A stretch of DNA of 63,635 nt, counting the filler, from Octopus bimaculoides (lineage: Eukaryota), in assembly GCF_001194135.2 (NCBI RefSeq). It is 4 parts of 4 records of this genome, joined end to end, with 100 filler letters (N's around TTAATTAATTAA, not from the genome) between each part and the next. Parts side by side here need not be neighbours in the genome. Positions count along the whole stretch, not along the records: positions 25,890 to 57,267 come from NC_068985.1; 3 more parts are not named here. One strand, given 5' to 3'. Both the position numbers and the translations under genes were made by a program. The notes beneath the pieces were generated by a model. The model saw nothing but the letters and a program-made list of their open reading frames with translations. It was not told the DNA's origin and searched no databases. Positions 39,570 to 52,294 of the stretch are shown here, piece after piece (position 1 is the first letter of the stretch; every line of letters starts with the position of its first letter).

Positions 39570-40485
39570 TTATTTAGAGAAGGCTGTCGAAGAAGCCACG
39601 CGTTCGACAAAGGAACGCATTCCTCATCGGAGAAAAAGAAAGTGAGAACAAGAATATCGAATGGTTTAAATTTAATGACATCACCGAGGCGAATAAAGTT
39701 ACATCTCTGAGCAACGTCAAAACTTTCGGTGTGGACAACGAGAACAGCAGCAGTAGCAACAAGAACAACAGCAATAACAACAGCAACAGCAACAACAACA
39801 ACAGCAGCAGCAGCCGCAGCAGCAACAGCAACACGAAAGAAATGAAGTATAAAAACGCAAATATCGCCTCCGCGTCTTTGCGTTTGGGGCGAGAAATATG
39901 GAAAATTTCCGCATCGATGAAGATTTAAAAATGGCAAGAAAAAATGTAAAAAGAAATGGTAGAAGGGTAACTTTAAACCCTCTATGCAACGTGACAGAGA
40001 ACGTCTTAAGATGCACGGTAACATACTGCTGTATCGGAGTCAAGTCGCTGCGGGTGGAAAATGCTACTGATCGCGAAATGCAAAAGTGCCTTGGGAGCGT
40101 GTAGGAACATCATCCGAGGAAAGAAGTTTGGAACCATTCATGTGAGATTTGAGACGTAAATAGAAGCCGGGTGTCAATCTGCGACCACTTTGAGGAATGA
40201 CAAATTCTTAATCCCCAGCTATCACAGCCAACGTCAAGCCCAAATTAGGGTATTGAATGTGCCGCCAGAAATAAGGATCAGATGATTACTGGCGGGTCTA
40301 CAAGAAATCTAAGTGACAATATTGGAAGTCAAGTAAACCCATAACAGTTCCCGACTGGAAAGTCCTCCGGAATAGAATCGCTAGTTCGCCTTCGTAGAAG
40401 CCTAGACTCTTCCCGAGAACGTCGTCGTACGTCTCGGCAACTAATCCTCTGTAAATATCTAAGTGGATCATCCACCGTTCCTGTT
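39570..40485 (+). mobile_element. L1/Tx1-like ORF1 N-terminal pseudogene
   Basis: ENVLRCTVTY...ATDREMQKCLGSV aligns with ESVLANIVTY...AKRDQIEKCLGPI at 53.6 kb; RVLNVPPEI motif. Confidence 0.65.
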
Positions 40486-40488
40486 ACC

Positions 40489-42560
40489 TTACATGCAGAG
40501 GACAGCGAGCGCTTGACTATATTCTAAGTTCCAGGCGCCCAGTCTCTGCCTATCCTTTAACCAGGACTGCAGTTCTGTCAAGGAGACGGGCTGCGGAAAG
40601 GTGTGTCTCACAAACGGAGTCGACACACGTTCACCTTCTAGAAATCGGTGCAGGACGGCTTCCAAGCAACGATGGTCTTTAAGGACGGCTTCCAGGTAGC
40701 CTATCAAAAGCTTTTGACTGATCTAAATTGATCAAAACCCCACCGAAGCCAGCTTTAGTCCCAGCCCACTATACGGTGTATCGCATAAGGAGGAGGTTGT
40801 CGTGGATAGACCTGCTCGGGATTTCACACGTCCGTGCCTCTCCGATCAGACTACCCACGGCAAGCGCCAACCTTTTCGCTAACACCTTGCGAAAATCTTA
40901 AGTTCTGTGTTTAGCAGAATTATGGGCCGAAAATTCCCTAGCATGTCCCCATTGACGGCGTCCTTTCTCAGCAGTGTTACTACACCCCGGCTAACAGCAA
41001 TAGGAGTTCTTCTGTTCTGCTGCTAGTTACTGTAGCCGTCTGCCAATAGGCTGCGAAACAAATCTGGCATGAAAACATAGAATTCGTCAAATACTTTATC
41101 GTGGGTTTGTTACCACGTCGCGTTTGTTACCACGTCGCGTCTATACCGTTCGGGCCCATCGGATGGCTTTAGTTCCTTCGTGCTTTAGCGCACAAGCCTT
41201 AGCTCTGACAATGCAACCTTCGTGTTTCGCCTCAAAGAAATGGTGATGGGTCGTTCTTGCCGCTAACATGTCGGTCGCGATGCCTTTACTACTAAACTCT
41301 TCTAGTTTGCTAACTAGTTCTCCCTCTCATCTATTTCTTTCTATTTCTAAATCATCGCTAAACGCTATCGATTCCACTCTAATGGCTCTCTTCAGAGCGA
41401 TCAACCACCGGCTGTTGACGATAGCCCCCCCGTCAACCGCCGCTTAACTAGTTCGCTAATCCGGTCTCTGTAGTCTTTATGAGCCAGTAAGGACGCATCC
41501 AACTTTCCAGTAACAATGTCCCTGTCTACGGGTCCTGTCTAAATCGACTGACTATTTCACAAATTTGTGAGCTATGTAGCCGACCAATTTAAATTGTGGA
41601 CAACCTATGCTATCCCCATCCTCTGACCTAACAAATACTCTATGCAAATACGATTTGGATAACCCGCTGTGGTTGCTCCATGGCCACACTAGCACATCAG
41701 GGAAATCTAATCGGTATCTGTTAGAAAGCTGGAAAGTCCTGAGCAAGTATTAGAAGATTTTATAATCCCTTCGACTATGTGCTGAACCCACACAGTCCTT
41801 CCATGCGTCCAAAATACTATTCCGATCCCCCACTAGTACTAAAGTGCGAGATGTTCCCAAGAATGTTTCTAGACGCCTGAACAAATCTGACCTTTCAACC
41901 CCTGTTGGGGCATAAATCACCACTAATCTAAAGGTGCCACTTTCACTGCCGTTCACGTCCAGGACCACCAAGGTACCATCCTGGTCCAAGGAGATAGCTC
42001 GTACCTGGAGATCTAAGGATTTCCGGAGTAGCACTGCTACATCGCCACCCTGCTCCCGAAAATGGATGCTACAGCGTGTTTTCCTAGTTTCACTAATGGC
42101 AGCCACGTCCAAATCATTTGAGCTGAGATTACTCATCAAGTGACCTTGCTTCCAGGCTGAACGCAGGCCTCGCACATTCACACACTCCGTTCTCAGCACA
42201 TCCACGCTAGTCAGAGAAAGAAAAATGAGAATGTTACTCACTTTGGTTTTCGAGAAGCCCGGAAGTTCTGGGCTTCTCTGCTGGCGAAAAGGTTTTAAAA
42301 GGCCCATCCAACAGCCTTTTATCAGTAGGTTGTTTTTAATCCCACACTTCCTGGGGATTTTTCTATGATAGTCTTATAAACGTCTGGCGATGTTTTACTT
42401 AAGAGTCTACACTTAGGGGTTTTGAGGATGAAAAGGTTAAACTAACATACCATCCTATTATAATGTTTCTTCTGACGTTGGCAAGCTTGTTACTATCTAT
42501 GTAGGATCTTACTTCAAGATGCTTCTCTCTCCGATTTAGGTAGGTTTGTTCAGTATTGGA
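40489..42560 (-). mobile_element. L1/Tx1-like LINE (ORF1 end, APE endonuclease, partial RT), internally deleted
   Basis: CVNVRGLRS, AISET, RLVVIYAPT, VLVGD, SYLHRVFV; FRPIILLN, NLDQSKAFDR; jumps to the post-RT region near 40660. Confidence 0.9.
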
Positions 42561-42639
42561 TTTATTTGTGGAGAACTACATGGCATAATAAAAGGCCTTA
42601 ATAACTTCTTTACTATCTTCTCTGTATCACCTTTCATTC

Positions 42640-42964
42640 CTTCTGATTATTTCATGATGGGCGTGGATGGCCATCTGCTGGGATATTACGGTTGTAGGGT
42701 ACTTCAAAGCAACAACAACCTTATCAATAAAGCATGGCCAAAACCCCACAAGATTTGCCTCTACCCACCTCCGAACACTCAGTCATATCCTCTGCAGAAG
42801 GGAACGAAGAACCTAAATGGCAACAAGTCACCAGATCTAAAAGAAAAAGGAACAAAAGTTCGCTAACTAAAGCAAAAATCTGGCAGGTATGATGACAGTG
42901 AGTAGACACATAACAAAATAAATACACAAACACTTTCCCCATTAGCAACCACACCAGCACCGTC

Positions 42965-42998
<34 letters not shown>

Positions 42999-43000
42999 GC

Positions 43001-43034
<34 letters not shown>

Positions 43035-44700
43035 TCCCCATCAACACCGTCAACATCACATGCACAACCCAGTTCACACACACAACTCGCAGCCCGCACA
43101 TCCCAACACCAGCAATACATAATCATCAACTACACAGCAATAAACACAGACAATACAGAGTTAATAGCACACATATAGAACCGATCAGACATCACTAACA
43201 CCGATTTCATCGCACCATCAAACACACACCGCCACACATAAAATTCCTGCTAACATCACCAAACACATACAAAATAAAAACAAAATATCCTGAAGGAGTG
43301 GAACCTTCATGAAAGATATCAACAAAAGACTGGAGATGCTGTGTTGTTTCAGAGAGGACTGGATCGCGAGATAAAAACTATCTTCCTGGACCCAGAAGGT
43401 CATATGGTGGTCCTAGATGTGAGCAGTAGTGACAGGCTGGTGGTTGTATATGGTCCGACATGAGCAGGGCAGCCGGACTTCTTCAGACGCCTGGAAGTTT
43501 TCCTAGAAACGCATCGTCCTTTACTGCTTATGGTCAACTGAAACACGGTCTTAGAGCGACGTTTAGATCGTTTGGGGCTAGCGGATAGAGGAGGTAGGTG
43601 CAAAATACTCGCAAATCTGCTCTGACGTTTTCAACTGTCTGAGAGGTACTGGATGGATTTCCCAAATGTGCCAGTGTGGACCTGGTCTAACTGCAGAGGG
43701 TCATCCAGGTCGTATTCAGATAGAACTTTCTGTAGGCTAGTAGATAAGAATAGTATAAGTTGTCCACTTTTCAAAATCGTTGCCTACACATACCACAAAT
43801 GTGTGATCTGTACGGTCAACTTAGATAGACTTAGTAGGCAGGGACCCGGTTACTAGAATCTGAACACGTCACTCCAGGCATGCTAAGCCTACAGAGACCA
43901 GATTAGTGAATTAATTAAGCGAGCATTAAGGGGTCAATACTTCAATAAATTGTGGTACATCCTGAAAAGTGAAATTAGAATAGAATCGATTAGGTTTAGT
44001 AAGGCACTAGCGATAGAAAAAAAATAAAAGAAAAGCTACTTAGGAACATAGAAGGGGCGCTTGGGAGAGGCATTGTAACCGACGTGCAGGCGTCGAGATT
44101 AGTCCTCGACTAATTCTTCAACGCTAAGCACGAAGGATGCATTGTCAGCGCTAAGGCAAGTGCTCTAAGAAAATAGGGAATTAAAGTTGCTCGATGGCCC
44201 CGAGAGGCAGAGGCTCAACTTAGTAACAAATCCACATTTAGGTCTTTGGTGGACCCAGGTAGCTGCACGTTATTTGAGCCCGAGCGGATGCGTGCGGCAT
44301 TTCAGCAGCATTTCGCCCAACTGTTTAGAACGAATGGCAATCCGGAATGCACCATGGACCTTAGTGCCCACCTCGACTGTATTCCACGACTCTCGTTGGG
44401 TGGGGCGAGGTGTTGCGAAATGCTGATATACGGAAATACGGGATGCGATGATGGGCTGCATGGCGGGCAAATCGCCTGGTGTGGATGGTCTGCCCTACGA
44501 GCTTTACTATTATATGTCAGACTTGTTTTGCGACCTCTTAGCAGATATCTACTGTAACTGGCAGCAGAACTGGAGAATTCCTCGTTCTGTGAATCGAGGA
44601 GTGGTGGCACTGCTGAGAATGGATCGAAACAAGGGGGACCAAATAGAAAATTTTCGGCCCATAACACTGCTGAACGCAAACTTCAGAATTTTAGCCAAGG
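42640..44700 (+). mobile_element. L1/Tx1-like LINE: ORF1 C-terminus (decayed CCHC), APE endonuclease, RT N-terminus
   Basis: YFMMGVDGHLLGYY (degenerate CFxCGxxGHxxxxC); RLVVVYGPT, GPGY*NLNTS; KSPGVDGLPYELY, NFRPITLLNANFRILAKV; cut at 44700. Confidence 0.9.
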
Positions 44701-44767
44701 TGCCTGGAATCGAACTCGGAATCTTGGGGTTACGAGCCTGCGCTCTTAACCACTACGCTATATGCCC
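44701..44767 (-). mobile_element. tRNA-derived (tentatively Thr-like) SINE head, inverted relative to the element body
   Basis: gggcatatagcgtagtggttaagagcgcaggctcgtaaccccaagattccgagttcgattccaggca: A box TAGCGTAGTGG, B box GAGTTCGATTCC; arms mispair, so not a true tRNA. Confidence 0.8.
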
Positions 44768-44769
44768 GT

Positions 44770-44796
44770 GATTCCGCGTTCGATTGCAGGCAGTGA

Positions 44797-44864
<68 letters not shown>

Positions 44865-45030
44865 GCATCGAAAAATAACTTCGGAATGAGAACCCAGGTT
44901 CGAAATTTCCCCAAGACACCTGATGAAGGCTTGGAGAGTATATAAGCCGAAACGTTGTGTTAACAACAAACAAGATGAGGTCTACCCGTCAAATGTAAAT
45001 AATGTAAATAATGCACATAATTCCTCATGT
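44770..45030 (+). mobile_element. Hammerhead-bearing element family H1: tRNA T-arm remnant, (AAT)n spacer, hammerhead region
   Basis: gattccgcgttcgattgcaggcagtgacctg, (AAT)n 44801-44863, then homology to 31140-31270. Confidence 0.85.
44915..44961 (+). ncRNA. Minimal type I hammerhead ribozyme with intact core
   Basis: Stem I gacac/gtgtt; CTGATGA 44920-44926; extra A; stem II ggctt/aagcc; GAAA 44949-44952; palindromic AACGTT stem III; predicted cleavage after GUU (44956). Confidence 0.75.
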
Positions 45031-45189
45031 CTTAAATATAGAACTGTATTATCTTGTCGTTGATGTTGAGATTCCAATGAAGGAGCCTTGGGTCTAGGTT
45101 AGAAACCGGCTGTTTCTTTATTGGCAAAAGATTTTGTAATACATATGTATATATTCACATACGCGCATCTATTTTTATAACTCTATCTC

Positions 45190-45280
<91 letters not shown>

Positions 45281-45637
45281 CTGCATATNNNNNNNNNNNN
45301 NNNNNNNNNNNNNNNNNNNNNNNNNNNNNNNNNNNNNNNNNNNNNNNNNNNNNNNNNNNNNNNNNNNNNNNNNNNNNNNNNNNNNNNNNNNNNNNNNNNN
45401 NNNNNNNNNNNNNNNNNNNNNNNNNNNNNNNNNNNNNNNNNNNNNNNNNNNNNNNNNNNNNNNNNNNNNNNNNNNNNNNNNNNNNNNNNNNNNNNNNNNN
45501 NNNNNNNNNNNNNNNNNNNNNNNNNNNNNNNNNNNNNNNNNNNNNNNNNNATATATATATATATATAGATAGATAGATGTACATACATATGATATATACA
45601 TTCATATATCTATATGTGTGTGTGCGTGTGCATATAT

Positions 45638-45680
<43 letters not shown>

Positions 45681-47416
45681 GTTCAATAAAATTATGTCAA
45701 TGCGCATACGCTTAACTCTACTCTCTTATTAGCATATCCGTACACATATATGTGTGTCTGCGTATATCTGAGTGATCATAAAATCCCTTTAGTACGTGTG
45801 AATATTTCTGCTTGCGAACGTAGTACACTGGAATTGAATCTGCTCATAAATGATTCTGAAACCTACGTTAAGAAAACGTCCATTTAGAATTCCATTTAAC
45901 GGTTGAAGTATTAAGGACTGCTGCAAACTTACACAAATCAACATCGTTTCGGCGAATACTAAATCATCTAGAAGCAATTCGATTCCATTTATATGCTGTT
46001 CACGGAATCTTGGAGCCATTCATGTCTTGCGAATGCCAACTCATATATTGCTGCTACTATAATCAGATATTTCTCTCCATGATATATATTAGCTTGTTAT
46101 CTTACGTGTTTGATTTATCACATGCTATCATCTTTACATAGATATACTCATACATACATAAACACAAACCCCCACACAAATATATATATATATATATATA
46201 NNNNNNNNNNNNNNNNNNNNNNNNNNNNNNNNNNNNNNNNNNNNNNNNNNNNNNNNNNNNNNNNNNNNNNNNNNNNNNNNNNNNNNNNNNNNNNNNNNNN
46301 NNNNNNNNNNNNNNNNNNNNNNNNNNNNNNNNNNNNNNNNNNNNNNNNNNNNNNNNNNNNNNNNNNNNNNNNNNNNNNNNNNNNNNNNNNNNNNNNNNNN
46401 NNNNNNNNNNNNNNNNNNNNNNNNNNNNNNNNNNNNNNNNNNNNNNNNNNNNNNNNNNNNNNNNNNNNNNNNNNNNNNNNNNNNNNNNNNNNNNNNNNNN
46501 NNNNNNNNNNNNNNNNNNNNNNNNNNNNNNNNNNNNNNNNNNNNNNNNNNNNNNNNNNNNNNNNNNNNNNNNNNNNNNNNNNNNNNNNNNNNNNNNNNNN
46601 NNNNNNNNNNNNNNNNNNNNNNNNNNNNNNNNNNNNNNNNNNNNNNNNNNNNNNNNNNNNNNNNNNNNNNNNNNNNNNNNNNNNNNNNNNNNNNNNNNNN
46701 NNNNNNNNNNNNNNNNNNNNNNNNNNNNNNNNNNNNNNNNNNNNNNNNNNNNNNNNNNNNNNNNNNNNNNNNNATATATATATATAAATAGATATATATA
46801 TATATCTACAGATATACATACGTGTATAATACATTTGGTTTTGGTTATATATTGCACCCTTCAAAATGTGTAAACGTTCCAGGTAAAATATTCAGAAAAT
46901 TTATCAGTCGACCATGAATGAAAATGTATTTGTACGTTCCAATGTTTCCCATTTACAGTGTATATTCTTTTCGTTTTCTCTTTGTGATAAAACGTGGCAT
47001 TTTAAATTTCATAACATCCGTTAAAATTTCATTAGTTTAATCAATATAGCATTCAAAAATAAATTATTTGAAAAAAAAATGTGACATCTTTATGTTTCAT
47101 ATTTTCCATGTGGATTTCCTATGGTAATCGTTTCAAAGGTGTATATTTCAATAAAAGGTGTTATATCTTTCAATCCCAAATCTGTGTTGTGATGAGTGGC
47201 AGGAAGTTGTTGTGAGAATGTATCGGACTGCATACGTTGCGTTGGTTTCCAAGTTCCTTTACCTATTTTTTATTCCAACTGTCGAACGCCTGCGATTTCT
47301 TTTTCAATTTACTATGGGTCTGAGGCTCATAGACGTGCTGCTGTTTTAAAATAAAACGAGATGGAAAGGAATTTCTTCATTGTAACTACTATTTTCTATT
47401 AATATATATGGTTATT

Positions 47417-47600
47417 AAGGCAGCGAGCTGGCACAATCGTTAGCACGCCAGCATTTCATCAGTCTTTACATTCCGAGTTCAAACTCCACCAAGGACGACT
47501 TCGTCTATCGCCCCTTCGGAGTCGATTAAATAAGTACCAGCTGAGCACTGGGATCGAAGTAACCGACTTAGCTCCTTTGCCGTAACTGCTTGCCTTGTAC
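47417..47600 (+). mobile_element. tRNA-derived SINE family B (Nin/Deu-like)
   Basis: aaggcagcgagctggca...gagttcaaactcc...cttcggagtcgattaaataagtaccag. Confidence 0.75.
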
Positions 47601-48643
47601 CAAAATCTGAAGCCAATATACAAGAGTATTATAAAGCAAGAAACAATCTTTATGTCCAGTCTTATTGCTATATACAATTCTTTATGTTTGTGAGTGTGAC
47701 CGCGTATGAGCATGTGTGTCTGTTTGCATTTATTTCTTGTAAATTATAAAGAGTTTTCCTTTATTTGAAATGTAGTTTATGCATTTAAAAACGTATTTTA
47801 GCTTTACAACTTCCCACTAAACAGATCAGTTCTCTAGAAAGTTCTCTTAAAACTTCATCAGAGAAAGAATATCTGCAGAGAACGCAGCTAGTTGAGTCTT
47901 TATACTCTAGAATCCTGATAAACTGCTCAATATAAAATTACAATGTAGTCTCTGAGAATTTGGATTGATTTATTAATCAAATTTTCGAGCAATTCGCTGC
48001 ATTTTAGGAAAGTCTGCAATGTAATTTACAACTCCTTTTTAAGAAAGCAATTTCCGACTAGAAAATTTCATCGAGAAAGCGAAAAATTATTAGATTTTAG
48101 CTGAGTATGGATACTTATCTATTATTCACACAGAGGTTAGAAATTTATACTTATGGACTTGATGTACTTTACACATTATCAAAGCAGTTCGTAAGACACA
48201 TTAAATTTTAAATTTCTTAATTACGTATAAATATATAATTAGATTCAAAATGTGGACGTGAACTTTTGAACTTCTACTATTAACAGCAACGTACCAAATA
48301 TTATGATCCTTTATTCACCTTGTGATAGCACTCAGCCTAACGAAGTCATAGCGTTGAAAATATTACTCCACAAATCAAAAACATGGAAATCAGAGTGTGC
48401 TAGGAGGCACGCTGAAAGGCAAAAATACGGGCAAATAATAGAGTGGTCAAAGGAAAATAGAATCCGACTGGTGGTGCGGTCAAAGAAAACAGAAGTGCTG
48501 AAATAATAAAGGGGAGGGATGAAATATAGACTCCATATTTCTTCATATAATACTCTATATCATAGAGAATGTTTTGACTTCTGTATAAAACCAGCAGTAA
48601 ACAGGAGAATGGTGGGATGAGAAAATATAAGGAAAAGGGAGAA

Positions 48644-48694
<51 letters not shown>

Positions 48695-49334
48695 NNNNNN
48701 NNNNNNNNNNNNNNNNNNNNNNNNNNNNNNNNNNNNNNNNNNNNNNNNNNNNNNNNNNNNNNNNNNNNNNNNNNNNNNNNNNNNNNNNNNNNNNNNNNNN
48801 NNNNNNNNNNNNNNNNNNNNNNNNNNNNNNNNNNNNNNNNNNNNNNNNNNNNNNNNNNNNNNNNNNNNNNNNNNNNNNNNNNNNNNNNNNNNNNNNNNNN
48901 NNNNNNNNNNNNNNNNNNNNNNNNNNNNNNNNNNNNNNNNNNNNNNNNNNNNNNNNNNNNNNNNNNNNNNNNNNNNNNNNNNNNNNNNNNNNNNNNNNNN
49001 NNNNNNNNNNNNNNNNNNNNNNNNNNNNNNNNNNNNNNNNNNNNNNNNNNNNNNNNNNNNNNNNNNNNNNNNNNNNNNNNNNNNNNNNNNNNNNNNNNNN
49101 NNNNNNNNNNNNNNNNNNNNNNNNNNNNNNNNNNNNNNNNNNNNNNNNNNNNNNNNNNNNNNNNNNNNNNNNNNNNNNNNNNNNNNNNNNNNNNNNNNNN
49201 NNNNNNNNNNNNNNNNNNNNNNNNNNNNNNNNNNNNNNNNNNNNNNNNNNNNNNNNNNNNNNNNNNNNNNNNNNNNNNNNNNNNNNNNNNNNNNNNNNNN
49301 NNNNNNNNNNNNNNNATATATATATATATATATA

Positions 49335-52030
49335 TACGCACAGGCCTATTCCCCATTTTTAGGAGGAGGTAGCCACAGCAATACACACCAGGCATTCCAT
49401 TCATTTCCCAGCTCAAAGATGCGTGCCCCATTCTATGCTCGGGTCAAGGCGTAGAACGCAACCCTCAATGTCAACAACGAGGCCGAGAGCATATGCTGAT
49501 TCTGTACTCCTTTGAGCAACATCAAATTCACTCATCCGTCCTCAAACACACTCCAAGTTTTCCTATCATCTATAAACTCTCTTGCCTCTCTCACTCCAAC
49601 ACCTCTAACCACAAGAGCCTTCCTCACTCCATCTATTGACGCAAACCGAGGTCTGTCTCTGGTTCTGCAGCCTACCACTTCTACCTTCATTACCTTCCTT
49701 ACCATCCGCCTTTCATCCACCCTCTCCATATGACCAACTACTTCAACATTCGACTATCCATTTTGGTTGTTAGCTTTTCTCTCATTCCTGCTTGCCTTCG
49801 CACCTCCTCATTCCTCGTCCTGTCTATCTGTGCCACACCAGCCATAGACCTCAGACATCTCATCTCAAACACATCTAGTCGCCTCCTTTCCGCCTCCCTC
49901 ATTTCCCATCTCTCTGCACCATATAACATTGTCGGCACGATCACGCCCTCATACTCAACCATTTATCTCTCAGCATACCTTTCACAGCTCCAAGTATCTT
50001 ATTCCCCTCTTTCACTCTGCATCCAACCTCCTCATCCAACCCCCCTCCGCCGTCACATGTGATCCCAGATACTTAAAACATTCACCTCCTCTTACATCTC
50101 ACCATTTATACTCACATCCGTCCTACCAGACATTCCATCTCTCGAATATCTCATCTCCTTACTTTTGGCTACATTCACTTTCAGTCTCTTCCTCCCACAC
50201 AGTCTTCCAAACTTCACCATCAGTCGCCTCAGTTGCTCTTCCGAATCCGCCACCAGGAGCTGTATCACCAGCAAACAACAACTGACTCGCCTGTCATTTC
50301 CCTCCATTTTGTCCCACCATTTGGGTTCTCCTACAAAAGGTTCTAGCATTTATCTCTCTTACCGCACCATCCACATATAATTTAAACAGCTACGGAGTCA
50401 TCAAACAACCCTGTCTTAACCCCACTTTTTACATCAAATCACTCACGTACTTAACCACCCAACCTAAAGCTCGTCCTACTGTCTCTATAAGAACTCTGAA
50501 CAGTTCTCAACAATCTACCATCTACTCCACACAACCGCAACTTCTGCCACATTGCATCCATATCCACACGGTCATATGCCTTCACTAGGTCCATAGAGGT
50601 CAAATACACCCCCTCCTTTTTGCCAAAAACTCTCTCACATCTGCCGTACTTCAAATAATTGATCTGCACCGTAGTTTCTTTCCCCAATAACAGGCATTCT
50701 CCTCTCTCCTCTTACAGCCACTATATTTACCTACCTAACATCCTTCACATTAACGGCTCACTAAAATACTCTGCCCATCTCCTTTGTACATCCTCACTTC
50801 CCTTCAACAAATTTCCATTTACATCCTTCACCCTTTCTTTCCTTCCTCCTACCACCTTTCTTACCCTCTGTACCTCTTTCCAAAATATCTTTTTATTTCT
50901 TACAAAATTTTCACTCAATTTTTCCCGAACCTTTCACTTGTCTCCCATTTCATCACTCTCATCACCCTCTTTATTCTCCTCTTCACTTCTCTGCAACAAT
51001 CATAAACAGCTCCATCCCCTTTCTGCAACCACTCTTCAAAGGCCCTTTTTTCTCTGCCACTGCATCCCTTACCGTCTGATTCCACCACTCAGTAACTTTT
51101 CTCACACCCATTCCATATCACATACCTCAGAGGCACATCTTATTACTGCCTCTCTAAAACCCTCCCACTCCTCCTCTACATCTCCTACCTCCCGTTTCTT
51201 AACCTGTTCATATTCACCTCTCAGTTTCTCTAAATACCCCTGCTCCTTCTCTCATATCCAGTTCACTTACCTTCAGAAACTCTCTCCTCTCTGTTATTCG
51301 TCTAGCATTCCATTTTGAGCATACCTTCAACTTACCCTGTAATGAGACGTGATCTGACACTTCTCCACCTCCACCTTTCATTACATACACATCCACCAAC
51401 CTTCCTACCACTCTCCTATCAATTAATATATAATCCATCAAAGCCCTATCCACTACTCTTCCTCCATCAACCCTCCACCGCGTAAATTTATACTTCTCCC
51501 ACTCTTTAGAAATCTATTTCCCACCACCAATTCCTTCTCCAACGACCTCCTTCATTCTCATTCCGACCAGGCACTCCAAATTTTCCTACAACATTATCTG
51601 CTCCCCCATTTCCCACTCGCCCATTCAAATCACCCAAAAACCACCACATAATCACTTTTCTCCACCCTGTCCACACACTCTGTCAGTTCCCCCCAGAACT
51701 CCTTTACTTCTTCCTCACTCCTTTCACTTCCTGGACAATATATACTACAAAACACCCACATCTCTTCTCCCCACCTCATCTTAACCCACATTAATCTTGA
51801 AGACACTCCCCACCAATCCACCATACTCTTCTTCACGTGCTAAATCACCAGCAATGCCACTCATTCACGAGCCCTCCCCTTACCGTCACTCGTCCAGTCA
51901 CATCCCCAAACTGATACTCTCCTTAACCTTTCCTCTTAGTCTCGCTCAGTGCCAGCACATCCATCTTTCCACTCATATCTCACTTGTACTACACCTACAC
52001 ACATTCCATGACCCTAGTACTAGGGTGAGA
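49335..52030 (-). mobile_element. Near full-length RTE-clade LINE pseudogene (APE plus RT in one ORF, 3' UTR, (TA)n end)
   Basis: DVLALSETK, RLMWVK, VVVFGDLN, MDYILI, MDLVKAYDRV, LLVADSEEQL, VPTMLYGAERW, FEMRCLR; many frameshifts. Confidence 0.93.
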
Positions 52031-52089
52031 TCTGGTGTTAATATTCTCCTACCCCCTTGTCTTTTTCTTGCCGTCTTTTTAGGAATATG

Positions 52090-52270
52090 GATTCACTAGG
52101 AGGCGCCCTGTGCGGGCATGGTCTGCAGTGCTGTTGGTGTTGTATCGCTGTTGCCGGCGGTAGATGGTGATGACATGGACAATGTAAGCTTTCGCAACAA
52201 CCAGGGAACGTGGCTCTGCTTGCAATCGACCGATAGCTTGTTCTCTCTGCACTGTTGACAATCGGGTCAT
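52090..52270 (-). mobile_element. Tc1-like transposase N-terminal HTH fragment
   Basis: MTRLSTVQREQAIGRLQA...VAKAYIVHVITIYR...NSTADHARTGR. Confidence 0.75.
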
Positions 52271-52294
52271 ATCTGATAAAGTCCAAATTACGAA

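Noticed and set aside
39717-39835. Poly-Q/N/S or Cys-rich protein
   Set aside because: (CAG/CAA)n microsatellite within a decayed LINE 5' region
44701-44767. tRNA gene
   Set aside because: Anticodon, T and acceptor arms do not pair properly; SINE head
45789-46019. 76-aa minus-strand ORF
   Set aside because: No recognisable motif or splice support
47835-47865. Minus-strand CTGATGA with a short stem (similar CTGAAGA case near 33930)
   Set aside because: Stem not followed by GAAA and no stem I
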